DNA from: Treponema sp.
GTDB taxonomy: Bacteria > Spirochaetota > Spirochaetia > Treponematales > Breznakiellaceae
Direction of reading: 5' to 3'
Length of the DNA: 64,000 nt
Assembly (NCBI GenBank): GCA_009784775.1
Contig: WQXQ01000001.1
Span: 5,355-69,354, forward strand
This document shows positions 1 through 13,200 of this stretch, in pieces (within the stretch, counting starts at the first letter, position 1; every line of letters begins with the position of its first letter). The translations under genes and the position numbers were made by a program. The notes below the pieces were generated by a model. That model was not told the origin of the DNA, searched no databases, and worked only from the letters and a program-made list of their open reading frames with translations.

Positions 1-1
1 A

Positions 2-1420
2 AACAGCACGCGTATCTCACGGAATGTTGCGCTTATACGTGAAAAAACAAAAAACTTTGTGGAAATTCTGTATCCATTGGAAAATGAAACTATACAGGGC
101 ATCTTTAACTTGTATGGTTACGCCGGCGGCGCAGACAAAGCCGCAACCGTAATAATAAAGATAAACGGCGCTGATCAACTGATGAGAAAGGTTGATGACT
201 CTGGATTTTTCCGCATCTCATTGAATGCCAGTCATTTGAATTCGGGCAAAAATACAATAAGTGTGTACAGTCATTTTGGCGGATCTGACGAAATTGAGTC
301 GAATACACAAACCATCTTTTACAACGCCGAAGGTCCATGGATTACCATCGACAGCATGAATGTCGGCGATTTTGTTTTTGACAGACCTTATCTTTACGGA
401 CGGATGGGGTATAACCTGACTGCAGAAGAGCAGCAAATTCTTGCCGACAAAAAAGCCGACAAAAAGCAACGCGCCCTTATTCGGGCGAAAACGGCAAGCT
501 ATGCGGAAATCAGTTTTGACAACGGAAAAACTTTTGTTAAAGCCGGCAGAGGCAGAGACAAGGAAACAATGGATTACCGTTACCGGCTGGAAACCGGCGA
601 TATGGCCGAAGGAATGCACTATATCCTTGTTAAAGCAACAATGAAAAACGGCGAGATCGCCACAACACGGATGCTGGTTCAGGTAGACAAAACCCCGCCT
701 GTAATCCGGCTTATAACTCCGGAAGTAAGCGGCCGATACAACAAGAAAGTACCCTATTCCGCGTTTGCGTCCGATGACATTGAACTTGTCAGCCTGGAGT
801 ACCATTTACGCAAGGGTGACAAAGCGGCTTATGGAGTACCCGGCTTTATTCAGGGATTGTATATTGAAGGAATTATTCCGCCGTTTATAAAACAGATATC
901 CAACGATGCGCCGGTAATGCCTTTTGGAGGAGGGGCGACTTACACAGACTTTGGTCTTGGTCTAAGTTTCTTTGACGACAACGTAAAGATACAGGCCCAA
1001 TACGGATTTTTGACGCAGAATATATGGGAATCCATGGGCGGAACAGGCGCGGTACGTTACGGCGGTCATGTGCTGGGATTGAAACTGCTTGCAAGCATTT
1101 ATACCCTGCCGTTTGGTTCATTTGCCGGCCCCGACTGGGAATGGCTGTCGGCATCCCTTGCGTTAGGCGCAAACTTCTCCTTTTTTGATATTGGCAATAA
1201 TGGTTACACACAAAGCGGTAAATCAACCTGGATGAGCGCGCTTTTGGCCCAGGTAGAATTCCCCAAGGTAACCATTCCAAAAAGGACATTCCTGAGAACA
1301 TTCAGTTTGTTTACCGAAGGCCAGCTTTGGTTTGTACCAACTGACGTAAATGCGGATAACTATAAAATTGAAACCGTTATTCCGCATATAACCGTGGGAT
1401 TAAGAGCCTACATTTTCTAA
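2..1420 (+). CDS. 5'-truncated large envelope protein: Ig-like repeats followed by a predicted C-terminal outer-membrane beta-barrel
   Basis: Frame is open from base 2 (NSTRISRNVAL...), so the gene starts upstream of the window. Ig-like segments (DKTPPVIRLITP...SDDIELVSLEY) precede amphipathic strands ending in aromatic ITVGLRAYIF. Confidence 0.7.
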   Translation, partial: NSTRISRNVALIREKTKNFVEILYPLENETIQGIFNLYGYAGGADKAATVIIKINGADQLMRKVDDSGFFRISLNASHLNSGKNTISVYSHFGGSDEIESNTQTIFYNAEGPWITIDSMNVGDFVFDRPYLYGRMGYNLTAEEQQILADKKADKKQRALIRAKTASYAEISFDNGKTFVKAGRGRDKETMDYRYRLETGDMAEGMHYILVKATMKNGEIATTRMLVQVDKTPPVIRLITPEVSGRYNKKVPYSAFASDDIELVSLEYHLRKGDKAAYGVPGFIQGLYIEGIIPPFIKQISNDAPVMPFGGGATYTDFGLGLSFFDDNVKIQAQYGFLTQNIWESMGGTGAVRYGGHVLGLKLLASIYTLPFGSFAGPDWEWLSASLALGANFSFFDIGNNGYTQSGKSTWMSALLAQVEFPKVTIPKRTFLRTFSLFTEGQLWFVPTDVNADNYKIETVIPHITVGLRAYIF

Positions 1421-1440
1421 CCATGAGGTTGGAGGTATTT

Positions 1441-4400
1441 ATGTTTGATGCAAGAAAAAAATCATCATTCGCGAAATTGAATGCAATCTGCCTGGCGGTA
1501 TTGCCTGCATTAGCCGGATTTATCTTTACTGCATGTAATGTGCCTATGGGTATGGGCAAGCCCGTAGACACAACCCCCCCGGTAATTTCCATTCTCAGTC
1601 CGCGGGACAACGATTTTGTGCGCGGCGTAACCCAGGGCGAGCCTATACGACTGGCAGGTGTCACTTACGATGATTTTGGAATAAGTCATTTGACCGTAAG
1701 ACTGATAAATGTCGCAACAGGAGAAGAGTTTACTCCGGGTATCAATGATTTTTCATATACCATTGAAGATGACGGCGTATGGAAAGCTGCATTACACCTT
1801 CCCGGAGAAGGCGTAACCGAGTACCGTATCAGGGTAATAGCGGTAGACTTTTTCAAAAACGAAGGCGCGGATGAAGTAACCGTCAGGGTCGACATAGTTG
1901 CGCCCTGGATAAGTAAAGCCGTGGTTATACGTCATTCAATATTTGAAAAAGAACTGAAAAACCTCGATTTTTTTGAACAAGAGCTTAACTTCCGCTCTGA
2001 CAGCGGAAACACAGGGATACAGTTTAATGACATTGACTATTTCCAGAACGAAGCGTTTAACATTAAGCTCGAAATTGGTTCCAGTTTTGACAATGTTGCG
2101 GCTTCACGGCTTGATGTATACAGCGAAGATCACGTTAAGCTGAACCCCGAACCGCTGGTACCGCTTCCAAACCAGCCGATGTATAACCCGGAATGGAGAA
2201 TAACGCATGACCAGATGATAGAATGGGATGCAAGATACGAATGGGGAGCGCATTATATCTATTTTGTTGCCATGGCATGGAATACCACTTCCTGAGACCC
2301 AACTGCCAATGAAGGCAAGGGCGGCACCAGTTACGGGGAATTTCCCCGCGAACAGTTAGTCCACGGCATATGCTGGTATCCGGAATCGGATTATCCCCAC
2401 ATAAATGTAAATGCGAATATTTCGAGCGGTTTTATTTCGCTGCTGCCGGATAATGATCTTGCCATTGAATTTTACGATGATGACAAAATATCAGAAATTT
2501 ACGCGGCAATAATCCCGAAAGAAACTATGGATACATTACGCGGCAGTTTGTCTGAAGCCGCTTATATAGAACTGCTTGGAAATGATCACCTTAAACGGGA
2601 AGAAATTATTAATACTTTGGCTCTTGACCCTCTGTTTGTTCCTTCAGGCAGCCCGGACGAACGAAGCCAGATGGTTCATTTAAGAACCAGTGGTATTCCG
2701 GGTGAATATCGCCTTATTGCAATGGTGCAGGATTCAAAAAGCGGCGATAACCTTGATATATGTAATCCCCCGTTGTGGACCGTACATCCTCCGCTGAGAA
2801 TTCAGGTTCAGGATCCCAATGATCCCATTATCATGATAGAAAATCCCATTACGGAAAATATTTTCCCGGTATTAACCGAAGGCAAAAAATTCTCAATATC
2901 GGGCTTTACTATTGACCTTAATCCAAGCGGAATCGAAGCAATACAGATTGCCTGGATTCCTGCCGCTTCCGGCCTTGAGTTTGATGATGCAAAAAACGCT
3001 CTTGTATCTGCAAAAGATGAGCCGATCGGCAATTTCCCCATAATACAGAGCAACGAAATAAAGGTTTGGCGGCCGCAAAGAGGCGACAACATTTTGGTTA
3101 CGCTTAACAATGTCGACTATATGCGCAATGATTTCAGCCAGGAATTCCACATAGCCGATGATTTTATCTACAATGGCAGGACCGAAAACGCCAATAAACT
3201 TTTTATCATCCATGCCTATAAAGGCGACAGAGATATATTCAAAACATTCAGGCTTACCGCAAACAGCGGCAGGCCGGTCATTGAAGTGATTTTCCCCTAT
3301 CGTGACATGATGGTTCATGATACCAATCAGGATTTAAACCTGATCATGAGGGTAAGCAGCGTTATCGATCTGGATGAAAGCAGCATAAAAATCAGTGATA
3401 AAACGACCGGTAACACGAATGAAGCGCGAGGGTTCTCTAGCGATGTCGTTTTCGAAAACGGCGAATATAAAAGGACTATTACATCACAGGCTTTTGCCGA
3501 AAACGATATTAGAGAAGGAGCGCGCCTTACCTACCGATTTGAAGCGGCTGATTTAACCGGCAACTCTCAAATAGTGGAACGAAACGTCATTATGTCAAAT
3601 CGTCCGGCAGTGGTTTATGTAACTTCTTCCAACGCGCCGGGCAACTATGGCATTAACAGAGAACTGCTTTTTGAAGTGGTATTCTCGCTGCCGGTAAGAG
3701 TAGACAAACAAGGCGGAACAGGACCTCGATTGAAACTGTACTTCAACGATCCTGGCACCGGCGAACCTGCAGCGGATGCATACGCGGATTATGTGGATAG
3801 TCCCGCGGGAAATACGATTGTATTTACCTATAGAGTAAGAGAAGGAGACGATTCTCCAAAACTCTACACTTCCTATCGCCCCATAGAACTCAATGGTTCA
3901 ACAATAGTAACCACTGAAGCAGACGGCGGAGACGCAATAATAGAATTTGGCGGGCCGGGCAGCGGCTTACAAGACAGGGTTGCAATAATGGTGGACGGCA
4001 TTCGTCCCAAAATTACAAAAGCCGGCTTTAGCCTCCCCAACAACGGCGCGGGTGAATTTTATTATAACATTGGAAAAACCGTAACGCTGGAATTGTACAC
4101 TTCGGAACAGGTGCGTATTTCCGGCACCCCAATGGCCAGAATTGGCTACAACACAAGTACCGGACTGCAAATAGTGAATGCTTCTTTTTCAAAGGTTGAC
4201 CATAACGAGGCAGGCGGTGAAACCAGCAGCACGCTGTTCTTTACCTGGATGATTGATGATGATGATGTTCCGGAAACGCAATTGAGCTGGACAAGTCCCT
4301 GGTTTGTGTTTGGCGCATCCGATTCCATCACCGATATGGCAGGGAATGGAATTGATATTCGTACAAGCACCATGGATCTGCTTACGCCTGATGATCTTAA

Positions 4401-7221
4401 CGGCGCCAATATCAACAAAACAGCGTATATAATAACGCGGCCTCCTGCTCCCCCGGTATTTACTCTCTATAGGAGTCTAACCTTTAATGGGGAAAACATA
4501 CTTGCAGGTGATACGGTCGCTGTCAATTCTGAAATTTACATGACGATGGACAGAAACGGCGAGGCAAACACCACCATCATGTATTATTCTCTTGAAGCGG
4601 GAAACAATGGGCAAGTGATAAACACAGGCAGCCATCGGTCTATTGAGGATAAAAATGCAGCGCATAAAAACAGTATTTTATATATTCCTTCGGAGTATAT
4701 AATTACCGGCTGGCAGATTGACAGGGCAGGTAACCGTTCAAACAATGCGGCAGAGAGAAGCGTCATTATTAATTCCCGCGCACCGGAATTGGTTGACATA
4801 ACCTGTACCGATCCGGACGGCGAATATACTGCCGGAAGAACCCTCAGTTTCAGGCTGGTTTTTTCACGGAAAGTTATCGCGGAAAATACCGGCGCAACAC
4901 TCACTCTTGAGGGAACCGTTGGAGGATATGCCGATTCGATGACTATTCCTCTGACAGTGGCAAGCGAACCTGTCGCCGATACCGCTCTGGTTTTTTCGCA
5001 AGAGATTCCGGAAAATATGCGGATGAAAGACATTAAGGCAACAAGGATCGTTCTTACCGGTGTGAAAGACGCCGAGTATGGAAATGATCTTAAAGAATAT
5101 ACCAGTACCATCAGCGAAGAAGACAATGTTCGGCGGCCGCTGCCAACCACCGCACCCAACCTTAATCGTCCCGGATTGATTATAGATTCAATAGGACCAA
5201 GGATTGAGCAATATAACCCAGGTACATCTACCGGCACTGCTCTTGGCACAGGCCAGTATTCCAATGGCGGCGTTATGCAAAACGTAACCATTTCGAGTGA
5301 CGGCCTGATTAGAAATGCCAGGATTACCCTTACATTTGACAAAGATGTATGGGCGCAATCGGGCGGAACCATTACCATAAAGCCGTGGGGAGATTGGGCA
5401 ATTCCTCCCATCCTGACGGTCGAAGAAATGGACGCGCTGTATCATTCACCGCTATTTGGCGATAACAAAATTGAGTATCAGCGAATATTAAAATGGATAG
5501 ACGCCAATGGAATTCCGGAAAGGTTTGACTCAAATCTGACCACTGCCTTTGGGTTACGCACAAGGTACAATTCCTATATAAATACTACCCACGGCCTCAG
5601 ACAAAATAGTGGTGGCGTTGGTACAGCGCGTCCTGATACGAGGCCAAAATGGGTGCTGGCTTTTGACAGGGACCTGTACGACAATATGGAGTATTTGCGG
5701 GATGTCTTTAACGCCGCAGAATGGAAATGGCAGACCATTTCCGCTGCCTCAGGATCAGTGCAGATAAACCCGGCTGATCGCAGAGAAGTAACTATTACCC
5801 TGCCCGAACCCCTGCAAAAGGGACGTATATGGGAAGTTACCATAAGTGATGGCGCTTTCAGGGATCGGGCGGGGAACCCCTCGCAACCTATTGTGGAAAG
5901 CACCAGAACGGGCCTGCATTATCGCTTCTGGTCACCTGGCACTGCCGATCCGGTCATTCGGGTTGACCGTTATTCTCATGGTGATAATTACCATGGGCTG
6001 CCCGCTTCGTACAGGGGCGACTGGAGTACAATACCCTATATTGATACCAAGGTGCGTATTGATTGCGAAACACCGGGCGCTACCATTCACTATGATACGA
6101 TTAGAACAAAGTATACATTGGCGCCGGATGGAAGCACAGCCAATACCAGCAACGCGTTTACCACGACTGTCAATACAGCAACTGGTTTCTTTAATCATGA
6201 TAATTTTCCCTTTGGTTCCGGTTATACCAACAATACTATCGGCGATGCCCGAGCTTTAGCAGATAATTATTTGAGAAACCTGTTGATACCTATGAACGAT
6301 GAAACAAACAACGCAATAATTCCGGTCACTGCACAAAATGGCGCTATCTTATGGACAGATTTAACCACTAAAGGTAATGGGCTTGTCAATGACACTACTT
6401 TAACGACTAACGGCCGTGTGTACATCACGATAAGCTCAAATGGAACTGCATCATTAACGGCCGGAACTCCGGTGTTCGAGGTCATTACTCTTACAGCTCC
6501 TGAAACAGCCAGAGGGCGTTTCTTCTATGTCGGTGATGCGTACCGGGTAAATAATGATAATGGCACAGAAAACGACCGTAATGCCGGCACCAATACCAAT
6601 GCGGCGCTTTTCACCGGCCGGCGTGATTATGTCACTGCGGCAGCAAGGAAAAATGCAGTAACCACCGGAACAATTGCGGGACCCGACCTTGATGTGTCAT
6701 TCCCGTCTTACGAAGGCGTATTTAAAACCACAGTGCTTCACCGCGAACCCGCAAACGGAGCATACTGGCTTTTGATTCAGGGTTTTGATACGCCTGTTAC
6801 CCCCAGTACTCCGGGTTTTCCGTTACAGGAATATGTAGCCACTCCACCATCTCCTTACAACAAACTGGAACACACCTACTTCAGCAAACAGGCTTATCGC
6901 ACAGGCGCGCTGCCAAGCAGTGATCCCGCGGGCATTTGGCCTGATGCTACTAATGTGAGTAATAATGTCCTGCGATATGGTACTAATACTCCTGGTGTAC
7001 CTTTACCGCCCCGTGTTGATAATCATATTTGGGTAACCTGGGATATTGTTTCGGACTGGTACATGAAAGGCAGAAACAGGGGTGTAAATTTTGAATCTAG
7101 TGACACAGAACCCGGTGGTAATATTCAGTATCACCGGCTTCAAAGGGGCGATGCAAACTATGGCGCTGTTCTGGCAACCTATGGCGCGGTTATCTACCGT
7201 TACCGGCAGGATTTCCATTAA
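1441..7221 (+). pseudogene. Giant Ig-repeat lipoprotein (~1926 codons) interrupted by one in-frame TGA at 2293-2295 (nonsense allele, sequence error or readthrough)
   Basis: GGAGGT RBS at 1431-1436, ATG at 1441, lipobox FIFTA-C. ORFs 1423..2295 and 2527..7221 share a frame and 2296-2526 has no stop (DPTANEGKGG...IPKET-M). The sequence is colinear with the paralogue at 7258. Confidence 0.7.
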
Positions 7222-7257
7222 TAATTCTGCCATCGGCAATAAACAAGGAGACAAAGC

Positions 7258-10200
7258 ATGAAAACCGGAAAACTGTATATTAAACTTTTTGCTGTATCCG
7301 CATTGGTTTTTCTTACTCCATTACTGTTAACCTGTGAAACACCAATCGGACTTGGTTCAAAAATCAGCATAACGGGACCGATTCTTTCAATTACAGGCCC
7401 TACTCCGGTAAGCGGCCAAAAAGATGTACAGGTAGGCAGTTTTTTTACGTTAGAAGGTTTCAGCACGGGTGATACTGCCGCAACGCGCCTGGAAATACAG
7501 ATGACGTATTTTGACAGTATAACAAGTACATTGGTACCGCTGGGACGGGAATGGCGTTATGACCGTTTCTGGCAGTGGAAAAAAGACAGTGATGTTGCCT
7601 GGCAGCGTTATACGGAAAATGATTATAAGGACTCTGGGTTACCAGCGCCTTCATGGGTAGTTTCAGGCCATAATGTTACATGGAGCCTGCCGATAGCGCT
7701 TAACGGACTTCCAAAAGGGGACTACTTTTTTACGATCAGGGCATGGAACGCCACCGGAAATTCGGACGCAAATTCCGTGCAAAAATTAAAGGCGGTCCAC
7801 GATAACGAAAATCCCGAACTTAAAATAACAAACCTGAACGTATTACGTTTTGGCACAGGCTTTTTCACGCCTGAACCGCCCGAAGAATTCGATACCTATG
7901 TCTATGAGCCCATACATAATTGGGGAGCCACTGCTACCTATATTTCCAACTGGATAAACAATACACTGGAATTTGGATGGAATATTGATAAGCCAATAAT
8001 CGGCAATTACAGCCTGATGATTGAAATTACCAATAGACATAATTTGTATACCAATGCCGGCAAGGTTCTGTATTACCGGTATGAATGGAATGGCGCAGGA
8101 GTTTTACCTCGTTATGGTATGTTTACCGACAGGGCAAATCCTCCTGCAGGTTATACCAAAGTCGGCAATGCCATACCTGTCTCCGAACTTGTACCGCGTG
8201 ATCTTGTTACCGGACAGCCAACAGGAGCAACGCATCCTGAAAACACGTATGTTCCCATGCAGATAGTTGTCTGGTTAAAGGATGGCAACGGGAATGAAGA
8301 CAATGTACATAGCAAAGGGTGGTTTGCATACTGGCCCAAGACAGATGAACCTTGGGTACATATAGCTTTTGGTTACAAGGAAGATCCCAATAGAGAAACT
8401 CCCCTTAATGCGCCAAATCTGGCTTTTATCTGGAGCGGCACAACTAATGACAGAAGTATCGCGTATGACAATACCGGACTTGATTCACTGTCATGGAAAC
8501 TCTACAAGCTGCCTGAAAACAGCCTTGAGCCAGTAAATGATGGTGTGCCCGGATCCAAAGGTTCAAGAAATAATCCATGGGAAGGAGAGGTGGGATTTCC
8601 GGACAATGGAAGAGAGAAACACTGGGACTTTGAGGCAAAATCCGAATTTGGTACCGGATTTTTCAAAATCATAGTGACCGTAAAAGACATTCCTCATGGG
8701 AAACAAGGCGTATACACCGCCTATTTTTCCATTGAGTCCAATGCAACTCCCACCATCAAGAACCGGGAACTATTATCTCCTTCCATGACCGATGCTCTTT
8801 TGGGTGATGATGACCGGGGAAATTTCCTGATAAAGGGCATAGCCCAAATAGAGGACAGCGACACTATCGGCGTCAACGCTGCCAGCGTAGAGCGAGTCAC
8901 TATAGTATGGATTAATCCACAAAACCAAAACAGAGCGATGGAAAGTATACTGGAATACAGTGACCGGAATTATGGAAACTGGCGCAAGGTTTTGGAAGAA
9001 CCGCTCACAAATGGTTATTGGCAGGATCCAAACGGCAACCGTATATGGGAAGTAGCAGCCATTGACTGGGTTGCGAGTACTGATGGTAATAATAACGGCA
9101 ACGATCAGGAAGATTACTATTTTGAGAAACAGCTTAATATTTTTACCGATCTTGACATTGCTCCGGGAAAGAATCCGTCCGGATCGCAAACCTTCCTTAT
9201 CCGCGTACAAAGTAATGAGGTGGGAGGTAAATCATTAGCCTCGGTTGAAAGGTTTACCCCACAGGGAGACAGTTCCGATCCTGTACTCACGATAGATGAA
9301 ATTGTGGTTTATAAGCACAACAGCAGTACCGGAAATTATGAGGAAAAAATATACTCGAGCATATCCGAAGATGATTTCGAAATGATTTCCACGATAAACA
9401 GAAATGACAAAATGAAGATAAAGGGAAGCTGGAATGATAATTCCCGTGAAAAATGGAGCGGCCTTGCCCCTGCGGTCTTAAAAAGTTATTTCAATGATTT
9501 TTCGATCACATGGAACGGTGAACAAATCAACATTGACATGGAAACTTTACCGGGCAGCTATTTCGATGTAAACGGAAAATGGGAAACTGGTGAGTATGTG
9601 TTTACAGACGGAAATACAGACCCTATTGTTTTTCTAAGCGCCAGCATTACCGATCATAACAATAACCGCGGAAGCAAAGACATAACCCTGTTTTTGGAAA
9701 CTGACAATCCAACCATGATCCGTATTTCCAGTATTACCGGCGATGGAGAATACGGAGAAAACAAGGATACGAACCCAAATGTGTTTGGCATACAGAACTA
9801 CATTGATATTTTCCTTGAGTTCAACAAACACGTACAATTCTTTGAAAACAGAGGGGCGCATCCTTACTATCCTCCCAATCCATTAAAAGTCCCTTATCTG
9901 GAATTGAATAATGGCGGACGCGCCTTTTATTTTGCTGAAAATGGCGACACCAGAATCATATTCAGGTACTTTATAAACGGCATACCGGATCCCGAATTCT
10001 TGCCTACCGCAGTAAGCGGTTATGGCGGAGACTCGTCAAATGGCAGACTCAATGTAGATAGAATTGTCTTTTCTGATGAATATCCGCAAACAAGTCTGGT
10101 AAGCGTTGACGGCGGCACAGCGGTCATTATTCCCGTAAACGCTGTATTTAACCCAAGCAGTTTGCTTTCTCTTGCGGGCGGAAAAAATCTGGTTATTGAT

Positions 10201-13200
10201 AAAGTCCCGCCAGTGATAGAAACAATTGTTACCACCGCCGGGAGCCTCATACCCCACGGCGATGGCAGCCGCATTTACATCATGGTTAATTTCAACAAGA
10301 CTGTTGTCATTCCTTCCGCCGCAAATGCGGAAAATTTTTATCTTAACCTAAAAGGCGGAAACCTTACAGAAAAAGGCGCAAAGGCCATATTTGACAATGT
10401 TGCGGGAGCCGCAAGCATTACCTTCCGGTATGATGTGGAAGAAGGGCATGACACCAGTGAATACGGAGAATATTTAAGCATAGATTCTATTACTATAGAC
10501 GAGTTTAATATTACGGATATAGCATGGAACACTTTTGATCTTGACGCTGCCAATAATTCCCTCCCGAACGAAGGAAGATTGAACACTAATCTTACCATTG
10601 ACACTGTTGCTCCGCAGATTCCATCGATTACAGGTATAACAGCCAACAGAAGTTATTATGAGAATACAAGTTTCAATATTACCGGACTTGAAAGCAGGAA
10701 TGTAACTGTAGAATATTGCCTTGATTATGATCCTTCTAATCCGGAAAACGCAATATGGGTTACGGTACAACAGTCAATATACCCCATCCAGGGTAATACA
10801 ACAAACCATTATTACATCAACAATATTCCCCTGACCATTAATGGAACATACCATATTGCGGCCCGGCAGCGGGATAATGCGACAAAACCAAATGTATCCG
10901 AAAATCCGGAAGTTGCAAATGTCGTAGAATCGGTAATCGTTGACAAGGGGCCGCTGCTCACAAGGCTTGGTTCAAGCACGCCGGACGGCATCTATGGAGA
11001 TGGTGATACTATTGATATAGACCTTATATTCCGCATACCGGTATATCTGCCCGAACAGACTATTTCCGGTTCAACTGCATCTCTTACCATGCGCAATATG
11101 AGTTCCGGCAGTCCCATTCCCACAGCTGCGCTTAAGAGCATTTCCCCGGATAATAAAACATACACTTTCAGCTTTACAGTCAACGGCCACAGCACCGATC
11201 GTCTTGATGTTGCCAGTCTTGTCATGGGCAACTTGCAATTTTATGACGGCCCCAACACAAGTAACATACTTGTAAATCAATGGATAAATATTGCCAATGT
11301 GCCGGCAGACGCATATGGCTACAGACTTCCAAAATCCATCGAAATTATGTCGGGAACCCCTGAAAGAACAGTGATAGCGGTTAACGATGATGAAATACGC
11401 ATAACATTTAACCGTGATATTTACCGGGGCGATACGCGGGAAAAATTATTAATTAAACAAATTGCCACAGGCTACCGTATCCCGGTTGTCTTAACAGAAG
11501 AACGCTGGGCGGAGCTTTTCATTGGCCGCTCAGATATTACTGGTTTTACCGATGTACAATGGCGGGGTATTGGAAATCAGCTTTACCAGCGGGGGACAAA
11601 CGGAGCCAGTGTGGGAACGGGCAATACCCTTGTATCTGACACTACCATAAAATATGTGCTTAACTATAGTATTGATACAAGTGACAATGGTATGGGTCAT
11701 ATATCGGGTATAACACCTGCACTTACATACCAAACTTTAAGGGACAGCCTCAGAACCGCAGAAGCATTGAGTTTTTACGCTCTGGACAAGGAAGTTGAAA
11801 TTGAAAACATTACGGTAGATGGACAATTAAGACCAAGGCTGCTGAAGGTTTCACTTGCCAACTTTGATGATCTGATGATAAAGGGGGCGACTTACCAATG
11901 GGCTGTACCCAATGGTTTTGTCAAGGACTTCCTGGAAACTCCCAATGGCGGAAGCATTTCCGGTTATGATTCAACGATGACTTCAGGCGATCCTGAAAAT
12001 GCCGCCCATAACAACAATGTACATAGACTTCCCGTTTCCGGCATTGAGGAACCAGTTATCAGAATTAACAAAGGGCAGATTGAGCAAATTATTCCTGTTG
12101 GCGGTCAACGCCAGGCACACCAACCATTAAGATCAGAAGTCAAGATAGATTGCCGGACTCCGGGCAGTGTTATGCGATACAGGACGCGGCAAACTACCGA
12201 TAGTGTAGGACGCTTAATTATGCGTAATATTAACCTTACTATGTCTGCTAATTACAATTATTGGAATTGGGATACTCTCAGGCATCCAAACATACCTTTT
12301 CTTCTTCCGCATCTGGGAACTCAACAGCAAAATCAAGGGGGGATAGATTCTTTTGAAAGAACCAAAAGACGCCCTCAAAGCGGTAATATCTCCGCACCAT
12401 TAGTTTCCGGAACATATGCAAACGATGAAATGAACTATTGGGTACCTATGGGCAATTGGCCCGAATGGATAAATCTGGCTCCCAATTACACCGCTCCCTT
12501 TACGATTGGCACTGGCAGCTACAATGACGGAGGCATGGAAATTCACATTCATGCGCAATCCAGAAGAGCTGATGCAGGAAACTGGGAAGACGTCGTGTAC
12601 GCTTATGAAGCGGCCTACCGTTCGGTATTTGCATTTAATAATACAAATCTCAACAATAATAACTGTAATAGAAATATAGCTTCCGGATCTGGCGCAGCCA
12701 CTGTTCTTCCCGGTAATCCCCCTACATTTACTGAAAATACCTCTGCATCATATAGCGGCAATCCAGATATTGCAATTCGTGCCCGTATGTATATAAGAGG
12801 CGGCGATTCCACCAGTGGAGAACCTTCCATACCCGATTTCCCCATAGCGCGTGACCGGTCGCTGTCTAGAAAAGCCCGTCTTATGACACCTCTTAGTATT
12901 CCCGGCAATAGCGCCTTGGGTAATTCAGCCAACGGTTACAGCAATTTTATAGACAATTCATTTATCCCCGCCAGCTATCAGTCTCACGGTCATTATCTGT
13001 GGGTTTGGGTTACATGGGGCGTGAATGTATACGCATATATTGATTTCTTTTCGGGACTGATGCACCAAACAGAATCCTACCATACAGAAACCAAGGATTT
13101 CTACGGTGCATTTATACCCAGCAAGGAACATTATCCGGTAATACCGGGAAGGACCACGGTGGTTGAAACCAGAGGCGCCTATAACCTCCAGGCCGATGGC

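Noticed and set aside
2293-2325. Selenocysteine recoding of the in-frame TGA via the adjacent hairpin
   Set aside because: The loop is only 12 nt from the UGA and lacks a G at its start, unlike typical bacterial SECIS elements. There is no redox motif context and no sel genes in the window. Kept only as generic possible readthrough.
7130-7221. DGR variable region at the lipoprotein C-terminus (short repeat AACTATGGCGCTGTT / ACCTATGGCGCGGTT)
   Set aside because: No template repeat differing at adenines and no reverse transcriptase in the window. The repeat is only about 15 nt.
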